Shown here in pieces: positions 40,247 to 50,931 of a stretch of 64,000 nt of DNA (the first letter of the stretch is position 1; every line of letters begins with the position of its first letter). The position numbers and the translations under genes were made by a program. The notes beneath the pieces were generated by a model, which worked only from the letters and a program-made list of their open reading frames with translations, did not search any database and was not told where the DNA came from. The DNA is from Microthrixaceae bacterium (GTDB lineage: Bacteria; Actinomycetota; Acidimicrobiia; Acidimicrobiales; Acidimicrobilacustridaceae): contig CANFQA010000002.1 in the NCBI GenBank assembly GCA_947449015.1, forward strand, positions 13,855-77,854, read 5' to 3'.

Positions 40247-40828
40247 ATGAACATTCTCATCCTCGCCGCTGAGGTCACGACCAAAACCGCCGAAGCAGTC
40301 ACCACCACAGCCGCTTCCGAAGGCACCCACCATGCCAATGGTTGGATCCTCCCCGGCGACATCAACGAGGTCATCTGGGGAACGATCGGTTTCCTCATCG
40401 TGTTCTCGCTCATCGTCTGGAAGGGTGGCCCGGCCATCAAGGCCATGTGGAACGGTCGCATCGACCGCATCCGCACCGAACTCGAGACCGCGGCTGCAGC
40501 ACGGTCCGAAGCCGAGGCCAAGCTTGCTGCGGTCGAGGCCAGCCTGGCCGATGCCGATAATGAACGTCAGCGCATCGTTGCCGAGGCCCGCGAAGCTGCT
40601 GTCACGGTCCGCGCACAGATCATTGCCAAAGCCGGCACCGATGCCGCCGACCTGCGTGCCCGCGGCTCGGCCGACGTCGAAGCCGCCAAGGCCCAAGCCA
40701 CAAACGATCTGCAGGCTGAGATCGGTGTGCTGGCCATCGGCGCCGCAGAGGCCGTCGTGGCCAATGCGCTCGACGCCTCCACCCAGTCGCAACTGATCGA
40801 CAACTACATCGACAAGGTGGGTGCCTGA
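40247..40828 (+). CDS. atpF: ATP synthase Fo subunit b-type (second copy)
   Basis: WILPGDINEVIWG, one TM helix, coiled coil and C-terminal QLIDNYI. Confidence 0.88.
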   Translation: MNILILAAEVTTKTAEAVTTTAASEGTHHANGWILPGDINEVIWGTIGFLIVFSLIVWKGGPAIKAMWNGRIDRIRTELETAAAARSEAEAKLAAVEASLADADNERQRIVAEAREAAVTVRAQIIAKAGTDAADLRARGSADVEAAKAQATNDLQAEIGVLAIGAAEAVVANALDASTQSQLIDNYIDKVGA

Positions 40829-40830
40829 TC

Positions 40831-41355
40831 ATGAGCGATCGCAGCAATCTCTACGCCGACTCGTTCCTCACCCTCATTGCTGCCGAGGGTAACGGCAACG
40901 AAATCATCGACGAACTCTTCCGGGTGTCGCGCACCATCGAAGGCAACGACGAACTTCGTCAGGCCCTCACCGATGCCACGATCCCAGCGGAGCGCCGCCA
41001 GCAGATCGTTGAAGATCTTCTCGGCGGTAAGGCATTCCCCCTTACGACCTCGCTCGTCTCACTCGTGGTGGCCACTGGCCGAGTCCGCGAGCTCCCGAGC
41101 GTGGTAGATCGTCTCATGGAGCTTCAGGCTGCACGAGGCGAGAAAGTCGTCGCCCAGGTTCGTTCTGCGGTGGCGTTGTCCGACGAGCAGAAGAGCCGTC
41201 TTGCTTCTGCGTTGGCCAAGAACACCGGCAAGCAGGTCGAGGTCGTGGTCATCGTTGACCCCACCGTCCTCGGCGGTCTTGTCACCCAGATCGGCGACAC
41301 CGTCATCGACGGCTCCGTGCGCCAGCGTCTGTCCCAACTCCGCGAGTCGTTCTGA
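40831..41355 (+). CDS. atpH: ATP synthase F1 subunit delta
   Basis: [29 protein letters not shown] and [10 protein letters not shown]. Confidence 0.95.
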   Translation: MSDRSNLYADSFLTLIAAEGNGNEIIDELFRVSRTIEGNDELRQALTDATIPAERRQQIVEDLLGGKAFPLTTSLVSLVVATGRVRELPSVVDRLMELQAARGEKVVAQVRSAVALSDEQKSRLASALAKNTGKQVEVVVIVDPTVLGGLVTQIGDTVIDGSVRQRLSQLRESF

Positions 41356-41372
41356 GACCAGAGGACCCCGTT

Positions 41373-42920
41373 ATGGCTGAACTCACAATCAACACCGGCG
41401 ATATCACCGCCGCACTTCAAAAGAATCTGTCGGGCTTCACCCCGTCACTCGAGTCGACGCAGGTCGGCCGGGTGCTCGAGGTGGGCGACGGCATCGCACG
41501 CGTCTCGGGCCTGCCCGATGTCGGTGTGAACGAGCTCCTTGAGTTCGAGGGCGGCACCGTTGGTCTCGCTCTGAACCTTGATGAGGACTCGATCGGCGCC
41601 GTCATCCTCGGCGATGCCGAATCGGCCGCTGCGGTTGAGGAGGGCACCCCGGTGCGCGCCACCGGACGCATCCTTTCGATGCCTGTCGGCGACGCCCTGC
41701 TGGGTCGTGTCGTCAACGCCCTCGGCGAACCCATCGATGGCCGCGGGCCGATCATCGGCGCCCAGAGCCGCCGCATGGAGATCCAGGCGCCCGGCATCAC
41801 CGGCCGTAAGCCCGTGCACGAGCCGCTGCAGACCGGCATCAAGTCGATTGACGCCATGACCCCCATCGGTCGCGGTCAGCGCGAGCTCGTTATTGGTGAC
41901 CGCAAGACCGGCAAGACCACCGTGTGCATCGACACCATCCTGAACCAGAAGGGTCTCGGGGTGAAGTGCATCTACGTCGCCATCGGTCAGAAGGCGTCCA
42001 CTGTTGCTCAGACGGTGAACACCCTTACCGAGTACGGCGCCATGGAATACACCTGCGTCGTGGTGGCCCCGGCCTCCGACCCGGCTCCGTTCAAGTACCT
42101 CGCCCCGTATGCCGGTTGCGCCATCGGTCAGCACTGGATGGACAACGGCGAGCACGGCCTCATCGTGTACGACGATCTCTCCAAGCAGGCCGAGGCCTAC
42201 CGCCAGTTGGCGCTGCTGCTTCGTCGTCCGCCGGGCCGTGAGGCATACCCCGGAGATGTGTTCTATCTCCACTCCCGCCTGCTTGAGCGTTCCGCCAAGC
42301 TCTCCGATGAACTCGGCGCCGGTTCGCTCACCGCCCTTCCGGTCATCGAGACCAAGGCCGGCGACGTCTCGGCGTACATTCCCACCAACGTGATTTCGAT
42401 CACTGATGGTCAGGTCTACCTGCAGGATGATCTCTTCAAGTCCGGTGTGCGCCCGGCTGTCGACGTAGGCATCTCGGTGTCCCGCGTGGGCTCCGCTGCA
42501 CAGATCAAGGCCATGAAGAAGGTTTCGGGCACTCTGAAGCTCGATCTCGCCCAGTTCCGTGAGCTCGAAGCATTCGCTACCTTCGGTTCCGAGCTCGACA
42601 AGATCTCGGCCGCCCAGCTCGAGCGCGGATATCGCCTCACCGAGCTGCTCAAGCAGAACCTCAACTCGCCGATGCCGGTCGAGGAGCAGGTCGTGGTCAT
42701 CTACGCCGGCACCAACGGCTACCTCGACAGCATCCCGGTCACCGATGTCAAGCGCTTCGAAAAGGATCTGCTCGACTTCATGCGTGGCCGCTACAGCTCA
42801 CTGCTCGACGAGATCCGCTCCAGCGGGGATCTTCCCGGCGCCATCGATGATGCGGTCAAGACGTTCGCCGAGGAGTTCCAGGCGACCGAGACCGCTACCA
42901 CCGGAATCACCGAGGCCTAG
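41373..42920 (+). CDS. atpA: ATP synthase F1 subunit alpha
   Basis: [47 protein letters not shown] and NVISITDGQ. Confidence 0.99.
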   Translation: MAELTINTGDITAALQKNLSGFTPSLESTQVGRVLEVGDGIARVSGLPDVGVNELLEFEGGTVGLALNLDEDSIGAVILGDAESAAAVEEGTPVRATGRILSMPVGDALLGRVVNALGEPIDGRGPIIGAQSRRMEIQAPGITGRKPVHEPLQTGIKSIDAMTPIGRGQRELVIGDRKTGKTTVCIDTILNQKGLGVKCIYVAIGQKASTVAQTVNTLTEYGAMEYTCVVVAPASDPAPFKYLAPYAGCAIGQHWMDNGEHGLIVYDDLSKQAEAYRQLALLLRRPPGREAYPGDVFYLHSRLLERSAKLSDELGAGSLTALPVIETKAGDVSAYIPTNVISITDGQVYLQDDLFKSGVRPAVDVGISVSRVGSAAQIKAMKKVSGTLKLDLAQFRELEAFATFGSELDKISAAQLERGYRLTELLKQNLNSPMPVEEQVVVIYAGTNGYLDSIPVTDVKRFEKDLLDFMRGRYSSLLDEIRSSGDLPGAIDDAVKTFAEEFQATETATTGITEA

Positions 42921-42922
42921 TC

Positions 42923-45364
<2,442 letters not shown>

Positions 45365-45365
<1 letters not shown>

Positions 45366-45760
45366 TGCCTCTCGCCGTCGAACTCGTTTCCCCCGAGCGC
45401 ACGTTGTTCTCGGGTGAGGCCACCATGGTGCGTGCGCGCACCGTGGGCGGTGGCGATATCGCGTTCCTTACCGGTCATACCCCGTTCGTGGGGGCGCTTG
45501 CCATCTCTACGCTGGAGATCACGCTGGTCTCCGGCGGCTCCGAAGTCGTAGCCGTGCATGGTGGATTCATCGAGGTCAGCCATGACCGCGTGAAGGTGCT
45601 GTCTGATCTGGCTGAGCTCTCATCGACGATCGATGTTGAGCGGGCGCGTCGGGCCGAGGAAAAAGCACAAGCAGCGGTAGCCCGTGGCGACGAAGTCGAA
45701 GCACAGGGCGCACTGGCCCGCGCCACCGCTCGTCTCGCCGCATCCGGCCAACTGAGCTGA
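45365..45760 (+). CDS. atpC: ATP synthase F1 subunit epsilon
   Basis: VELVSPERTLFSGEA, FLTGHTP, VHGGFIEV and IDVERARRA. Confidence 0.96.
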
Positions 45761-45827
45761 TCCCGATCGGCCGCATCACGGTCGGATCGCATCTAACGTC
45801 AGTAGCCATGATCCACATGGCAGGTCG
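45728..45827 (+). repeat. Direct repeat, left copy (attL-like); includes the last 33 nt of atpC
   Basis: 45728-45814 is identical to 48905-48991 (87 bp); the match extends to 100 bp with 2 mismatches (ACAT vs TCTT). Confidence 0.97.
45764..45789 (+). terminator. Hairpin after atpC (inside the duplicated segment)
   Basis: CGATCGGCCG-CATCA-CGGTCG(G)ATCG: 10 pairs with one G-U and one bulge, no U-tract. Confidence 0.35.
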
Positions 45828-45957
45828 CTAGGTGAGCAACTGGAAACACGGGTGAGAAGTGACTTGATGTGTCTCGTAGTCGCGATTTCAAGTCGCGGAG
45901 ACCCACTGATCGCTTTCGAGAGACCCGGGTCGGGCTCACCTTCTGGTGTTCTTTGCG

Positions 45958-46518
45958 TCAAACCTCGAACATTTCGTGGCGCAATTCGAAACTGGTCTCG
46001 AGATTCGAGTCCCAATCAATGGAGCGAATGTCAACTTCAGGACCTATTCGGACTTCGGGACGGATCACCTCAAGGGTCTCTTCGAACCAGCCACCGCGGG
46101 CGACGTAGACATCGCGACCCGAGAGATGGAAGATGATTCCATGATCAATTGAGACCCTGAAGGCGAGTGCGCCTGCGATAAAGGCGTCCACCTGGGCTCG
46201 AACCACCGAAATTCGATCAATCGACTGACCCCTCTCGTGGAAGTACATAAGACCTCGGGACATTGCAGCTCGGGAATCTCCCATACCCTCCTGGATAGAG
46301 AGGGCGGCGAAGTCCTCTGGGCCGCTTTCGAGCGGTGAATCGACTAGGTCTGTGCCGATCGTGAATGAACCGGCTGAGGTAACGATATAGAGCGACCCGA
46401 CGGCGAATCGGCCTTCATGGAGCAGAGCTGAACCGCCGTAGTAATCCCATGTAGTTCCGATGTGGGAGTTGAGGATTAACTTCTCGCGTGGGGTCAAGTG
46501 TGTTTCAAACTCATTCAT
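45958..46518 (-). CDS. Acidic hypothetical protein (candidate immunity/antitoxin)
   Basis: 186 aa with about 29 D/E versus 15 K/R; ATG overlaps the stop of the upstream gene (46515-46518). No family recognised. Confidence 0.7.
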   Translation of the reverse strand: MNEFETHLTPREKLILNSHIGTTWDYYGGSALLHEGRFAVGSLYIVTSAGSFTIGTDLVDSPLESGPEDFAALSIQEGMGDSRAAMSRGLMYFHERGQSIDRISVVRAQVDAFIAGALAFRVSIDHGIIFHLSGRDVYVARGGWFEETLEVIRPEVRIGPEVDIRSIDWDSNLETSFELRHEMFEV

Positions 46519-46883
46519 GTTGAGCTCCTAACGAAGTGGATGCGTTGAGTCTTAATTGGTCCGCCGCTTTTCGAACGTGTGAGTTGGATCGAAGGAGACC
46601 CATCTCTTGATGTTGGTCGAACACTGATACTTGAACCATCGCTGAAGAGCACTATCTTCGCTCCATTTTTGGCGATAGTTGCTTTGGGGCCGTTCTTCGT
46701 CGCATAAGCAAAGAATTTTTCAGAAGAGTTCCCAGGGTTTGAACTTGCGATTCGACGACGGTTCGAACTGGATCCGGGCTCTCCGAAATAGCCTGCCTTG
46801 AGCTGGCCGAATTCCCGCACGAGTTGATGGAGGTTGCTCTGGATAGATCGTGCGCCTGGAGTACTCCCGCTACCCCCGCCCAT
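46515..46883 (-). CDS. Small basic 'MGGG' protein (candidate nuclease-type toxin)
   Basis: Starts MGGGSGS at ATG 46883, overlapping the DUF4417 end by 14 nt with GGAG upstream. 122 aa with 18 K/R versus 5 D/E; C-terminal DGSSISVRPTSRDGSPSIQL...KTQRIHF. Confidence 0.7.
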   Translation of the reverse strand: MGGGSGSTPGARSIQSNLHQLVREFGQLKAGYFGEPGSSSNRRRIASSNPGNSSEKFFAYATKNGPKATIAKNGAKIVLFSDGSSISVRPTSRDGSPSIQLTRSKSGGPIKTQRIHFVRSST

Positions 46884-47565
46884 CGTTGACTCCGTTTCTG
46901 GCAAGAGCGATCCGCGGAGCGAATATGAGCAACTCAACGGAGCGGTGCTTAAGTGAGTTCTCGATACTCGGCGAAAGGGGCCGCCCGTGGAGAAGGATAA
47001 GCGGTGGCGACAGGACTTCGGCGAGTGCGATTAGGCCTTCTTCAAAGTAGAACTTGTCTTCCCGACTTCGCCAGCAACCGTGGTTCGACACGGTAACTGG
47101 AATGCCGGATGGCACACCTGCGAAACAAAAGTCGTAGTCAATGCTGGTACTCCACCTAATCGTAGGAATGACCGTTAGGCCGCGTGACTGAAAGTAGACA
47201 CCGACTTCTCGGCTCATCCAAACATTGCCGATTCGCTTGTGACGAGGCATAGACCGATGCAATGAAAAATCCGGTGTCGCAACGCTGGAATATCTTGAGA
47301 TTCGGAACAGCTGCCGGTGAGGACTCCTCACTAAGCCGGAGATGCGATTGTCCTGAAGGTAGAAGTGGATCATCGAATCAGCTGGATCAGAGTCGCGACC
47401 AATGCGATCAAATCCGACCATATGTTTCGGGGGCTCCCTGAGGTCTGGCGGCGGAACCAGCTTGGGAATCTGTTCGGTTCCATCGGTTTGGCAAGGGGGA
47501 AGCCACTCTGGCGTCGTGACTACATGGGAAACGCTTCCCGTAGGAGCATTGGGGGGATATAGCAT
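46870..47565 (-). CDS. DUF4417 family protein
   Basis: IHFYLQD, VATPDFSLHRSMP, GNVWMSR, FQSRGLTVIPTIRW, YDFCFAGVP and ILLHGRP match the DUF4417 pattern as I recall it. Confidence 0.82.
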   Translation of the reverse strand: MLYPPNAPTGSVSHVVTTPEWLPPCQTDGTEQIPKLVPPPDLREPPKHMVGFDRIGRDSDPADSMIHFYLQDNRISGLVRSPHRQLFRISRYSSVATPDFSLHRSMPRHKRIGNVWMSREVGVYFQSRGLTVIPTIRWSTSIDYDFCFAGVPSGIPVTVSNHGCWRSREDKFYFEEGLIALAEVLSPPLILLHGRPLSPSIENSLKHRSVELLIFAPRIALARNGVNDGRG

Positions 47566-47621
47566 CTAAGTAATCCTTGGTGTTCGTGTAGGGAATGCAG
47601 GGATTTAGGCGCAAGCCGCTG

Positions 47622-47651
47622 GTGTGGGCGGAGGTGCAACTCCGCCCACAC
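47622..47651. terminator. Perfect 12-bp hairpin between the HTH-peptidase gene and DUF4417
   Basis: GTGTGGGCGGAG-GTGCAA-CTCCGCCCACAC. Confidence 0.6.
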
Positions 47652-47676
47652 ATCTGCTTGGTTGAGCTGCGTGTGT

Positions 47677-48783
47677 CTAGTTCCAGGAGTTGAGGTCCTC
47701 CTTGACCGAAGGAATTCGCTTATTGAGGCGAGAGTTCCAGGGAATGCGACCGTCACGCTGAAGTCTTCCGATGATGAGCGATTCACTAATCCCTCGGCGT
47801 CTGGAAAGTTCGACTACCTGAGCTTCGGTTACGGGTCCGGTGGATAGGTCCTCAAGATCAGGAACGAGCCAACTTCCTGCTTGAAGGTCCGCTGCAAGTT
47901 CTCGACTTGCCTCCTCAACCCTTTCAGAAGATTCGGGATCACTTATGTAGATCCCACCATTTTGGAGATGACCAAGTGATACGTGTGCAAGCTCATGCGC
48001 AATCGTGAACATGATCTTGTCGCTTCGCCCACCGCGACCTGAGATGGAAATGAGCGGGTGACCATTGACGACTGTGCAGACTCCATCAATGTTCCCCCCG
48101 GAATACGGAGGTACGAAGACAAGCGCAATTCCGACCTCGGAAAACCTCTCTGGCAATTCGCGAAAATCCTCACGCGTCCTGACGGTGGTCGCCAGTGAGC
48201 CACCAAGTTGTTCGAGGACAGTTACGTTTGCGAGCGGAGGCAGGTCGCCAGAAACGAGACTTCGAGACTCTGCAATCCAAGCAAGTTGCTGTCGGGAAAC
48301 TGGCCCGATCTTTTCTTTCCTGCGCGCAGAGGCCGAAAATATGATTTCGTCCTCTATGGAACTTATGCCGAGCAACTTATTTGCAGCCTTCTCAATCGTT
48401 TGCGGGTCCGAGTCGGGAAGCGTCCCCCTGCGAATCATCTCGCGTGTTGGCAGAATCCGCTCCACGCGGCTCCGGCTCTCGATTTCGCCGAGTCGTCTGA
48501 GAGTTCCTGAATCTTGGAATGCTGAGTTGAGGTTCTCACTCGCTCGAATCGTCATCCAACTGAGGGCAGAACCACCAAGGGCTCGACTTAGGTCAAGCGC
48601 CTCCTCCGGTCGGAGTGGAGATCGATGATTGACAAGGTTAGAGAGAGACTGCGCAGACCAACCGAGGACCCGAGCAAGGTCTGCTTGCGACCAACCTCGA
48701 GCCTCTATGTGTAGCCCAATTGCCTCGCGAATGGAGGAAAATATCGGGCTTTCATCATACATATCAAGGAATCCGTAATTCAC
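47677..48783 (-). CDS. XRE/HigA-type HTH fused to ImmA/IrrE-family zinc metallopeptidase
   Basis: N-terminal HTH ARGWSQADLARVLGWSAQSLSNLVNHRSPL...ALDLSRALG, then NIDGVC, DKIMFTIAHELAH (HExxH) and downstream ELAAD. Confidence 0.88.
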   Translation of the reverse strand: MNYGFLDMYDESPIFSSIREAIGLHIEARGWSQADLARVLGWSAQSLSNLVNHRSPLRPEEALDLSRALGGSALSWMTIRASENLNSAFQDSGTLRRLGEIESRSRVERILPTREMIRRGTLPDSDPQTIEKAANKLLGISSIEDEIIFSASARRKEKIGPVSRQQLAWIAESRSLVSGDLPPLANVTVLEQLGGSLATTVRTREDFRELPERFSEVGIALVFVPPYSGGNIDGVCTVVNGHPLISISGRGGRSDKIMFTIAHELAHVSLGHLQNGGIYISDPESSERVEEASRELAADLQAGSWLVPDLEDLSTGPVTEAQVVELSRRRGISESLIIGRLQRDGRIPWNSRLNKRIPSVKEDLNSWN

Positions 48784-48791
48784 GGATACTT

Positions 48792-48820
48792 GGTATAGAC
48801 CTGTGGATAATAAGTCGCAA
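48792..48820 (-). promoter_or_regulatory. Candidate promoter of the islet with a DnaA-box match in its spacer
   Basis: Minus strand reads TTGCGA-17 nt-TATACC, 8 nt before GTG 48783; the spacer contains TTATCCACA (48802-48810). Confidence 0.4.
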
Positions 48821-48904
48821 CCTTATCTTCACGAAGTAACTGCCAGCGCCGAATGCCCGAACCGTCGCACTCACATTTCGAGACATTTGGCTAATGGGGC
48901 CAAG

Positions 48905-49004
48905 GCTCGTCTCGCCGCATCCGGCCAACTGAGCTGATCCCGATCGGCCGCATCACGGTCGGATCGCATCTAACGTCAGTAGCCATGATCCTCTTGGCAG
49001 GTCG
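48905..49004 (+). repeat. Direct repeat, right copy (attR-like)
   Basis: Matches 45728-45827 at 98/100 positions; ends 12 nt before the GAP gene start. Confidence 0.97.
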
Positions 49005-49016
49005 AGACCAAGCGTC

Positions 49017-49667
49017 ATGAGCATGAATCTCGTTTTTCTCGGTCTTGCCACCACAGCCTCGCCATTGTTCCTTTTGGTGAGCGTGCTCATGCTGGCTCAG
49101 TCGCAGCGATTACGCGAGGCCACAGCACTGGCTATCGGATGGTTCCTGTCCATCGGGTTTTGTGCCGCCACGGTGCTACTGGTGGGTTCTGCCCTTCCTC
49201 AGGAAGGCGGACACCCGAATGGCCATCTCATGGCTGCGCTCGACCTGTTGCTAGGAGCAGGGCTCGCCCTGCTCGCCCTGCGATTCCGTCGCCGATTTCA
49301 GCGCGACCCGACCGCTGCAGTGCCGAAATGGCTCGACCGGGTTGGCAACATGTCGGTCATCGTGGCCTGTGGTCTTGGCATGTTCCTGCCGCCAACGGTT
49401 CTATCGTTCGCTGCCGGCAACGAGATCGTGCAACAGCATGTTTCGGTGCGCGCCGAATGGATTTTTGTGATCGTCTACGCGGCGATCGGTTCGATCCTGC
49501 AGTTCGCGCCGTTGGCTGTTGTTGCTGCGCAGCCGAAGCGTTCCACCCAACGACTTCTTATAGCCCAAAGGTGGCTCGAGGCTCACTGGCAGCAGGTGCT
49601 GATGCTGCTGTTCGCTGTGATCTCGTTGTACCTGATGGGCAAGGGTGCGTATTCGCTCAGTCGGTGA
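49017..49667 (+). CDS. GAP family membrane protein (LysE superfamily-like)
   Basis: LATTASP...LML, six TM helices, PKWLDRV and RWLEAHWQQV. Confidence 0.75.
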   Translation: MSMNLVFLGLATTASPLFLLVSVLMLAQSQRLREATALAIGWFLSIGFCAATVLLVGSALPQEGGHPNGHLMAALDLLLGAGLALLALRFRRRFQRDPTAAVPKWLDRVGNMSVIVACGLGMFLPPTVLSFAAGNEIVQQHVSVRAEWIFVIVYAAIGSILQFAPLAVVAAQPKRSTQRLLIAQRWLEAHWQQVLMLLFAVISLYLMGKGAYSLSR

Positions 49668-50484
49668 TGCGGATGTCGGCGATGCCGTCGATGGGTTCGG
49701 GATAGTGCATGTCGAGCGCCTCGAGCGTGGCGACAAGAAGTTGTGACACCACGAGGTTGCGGTACCACTTGTGGTCTCCCGGGATGATGTACCAAGGCGC
49801 ATGATCAGTGGAGGTTTCGCCAATGGCCTGTTCGTAGGCCTCGGTGTAGGCGTCCCAATGGGCGCGTTCGGCAATATCGCCATGCTCGAACTTCCAGTGT
49901 TTGGCCGGATTATCCAGACGTTCCTGAAGTCGGGCCCGCTGCTCGTCTTTCGAGATGTGGAGGAACAACTTGATGATGGTGGTGCCCTCATCGGCCAGCA
50001 TCTGTTCGAAGCTGCGGATGTGCTCGTAGCGGCGATGCCAAACATGTGCAGGAACGAGGTCGTTCACTCGCACCACCAGCACATCTTCGTAATGGCTGCG
50101 GTTGAAGATGGTGATGTGACCGTTGCGGGGTGCCTGCTGGTGCACTCGCCACAGATAGTCATGGGCCAGTTCAACCTCGTTGGGGCGTTTGAAGTTGGCC
50201 ACTTGCACGCCCAATGGATTGACCGTGCGGAACACATGCTTGATGGTTCCGTCCTTGCCTGAGGAGTCCATGCCCTGCAACACGATGAGCACCTTGTGTT
50301 TCGACTCGGCGTACAGCGTCTGTTGGAGATCGCCGAGCTGCTCGTTGAGCGAGGCAAGTAGCGCAGCGCGGTCCTCCTTGGTGCCCTCGAACCCGTCTGT
50401 GGAATGAGTGCTCCAGTCATCGAGGCGAACTTGATGCCCCGGTTTCACCCGGAAGTGATCAGTGCGGATCTCGTTATCGCTCAC
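49657..50484 (-). CDS. ppk2: Polyphosphate kinase 2 family (polyphosphate:nucleotide phosphotransferase)
   Basis: LQGMDSSGKDG Walker A, FNRSHYEDVL, LHISKDEQRARL...R, WKFEHGD and WYIIPGDHKWYR. Confidence 0.93.
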   Translation of the reverse strand: MSDNEIRTDHFRVKPGHQVRLDDWSTHSTDGFEGTKEDRAALLASLNEQLGDLQQTLYAESKHKVLIVLQGMDSSGKDGTIKHVFRTVNPLGVQVANFKRPNEVELAHDYLWRVHQQAPRNGHITIFNRSHYEDVLVVRVNDLVPAHVWHRRYEHIRSFEQMLADEGTTIIKLFLHISKDEQRARLQERLDNPAKHWKFEHGDIAERAHWDAYTEAYEQAIGETSTDHAPWYIIPGDHKWYRNLVVSQLLVATLEALDMHYPEPIDGIADIRITD

Positions 50485-50921
50485 GATCGGTTCCGTCGCT
50501 CGGCGTTACGTCGACCAACCATTGAGCCGATAACTCTCGCTGCCTTGTCCACGGTGACCTCAGGCTTTGCCGCCGATGTGTCACTGGATGGTGCTTTCGA
50601 CCCAACCGGTGGCTTCGGCGCGCCGATGCGGGCCACCTTGTTGAGTCCCTTGCCCACCACGGCACCAGCGCGCCGGCCAGTGGCCTCGAAGGAGTCACCC
50701 CGGCCTTCAACTGCTGCTTCATGAGCGCCACGTTCGAACGCGGCGCTGGTGTTGAGGCCGAGTGACAGACACACACGAGCCACGACGAACCCGATCAGGA
50801 AGATGACGGCAACCCACACCCAACCGAAGATGGAGTCAGGAATGCCGGTAAGCATGAACAGCAGACCCACTGCAGCAGCGCCGACGACTGCAGACAAAGC
50901 GGCGATGAGTAGGCGGATCAT
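50481..50921 (-). CDS. Hypothetical membrane protein
   Basis: Two N-terminal TM helices and a basic/Ala-rich tail; GTGA overlap with ppk2. Confidence 0.65.
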   Translation of the reverse strand: MIRLLIAALSAVVGAAAVGLLFMLTGIPDSIFGWVWVAVIFLIGFVVARVCLSLGLNTSAAFERGAHEAAVEGRGDSFEATGRRAGAVVGKGLNKVARIGAPKPPVGSKAPSSDTSAAKPEVTVDKAARVIGSMVGRRNAERRNRS

Positions 50922-50931
50922 GGGTTCATGC

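Larger units (their letters stand above)
45728..49004. mobile_element. Integrated ~3.1 kb low-GC islet at the 3' end of atpC, no integrase inside
   Basis: Flanked by 100-bp direct repeats. Hand-counted sample 60-nt lines inside are 42-55% GC versus 65-73% in sampled atp lines. All four genes lie on the minus strand, against the surrounding operon. Confidence 0.85.

Noticed and set aside
47590-47660. Cobalamin riboswitch or tRNA fragment suggested by GGGAA...GGTGCAACTCC
   Set aside because: Spacing is wrong, the B12-box and CCCGC/ACTGT elements are missing, it lies antisense to the genes, and there is no cloverleaf. Kept only as a hairpin.
45828-48904. Integrase, transposase or terminal inverted repeats in the islet
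   Set aside because: No ORF shows tyrosine/serine recombinase or DDE motifs, and the four genes leave no room for one.
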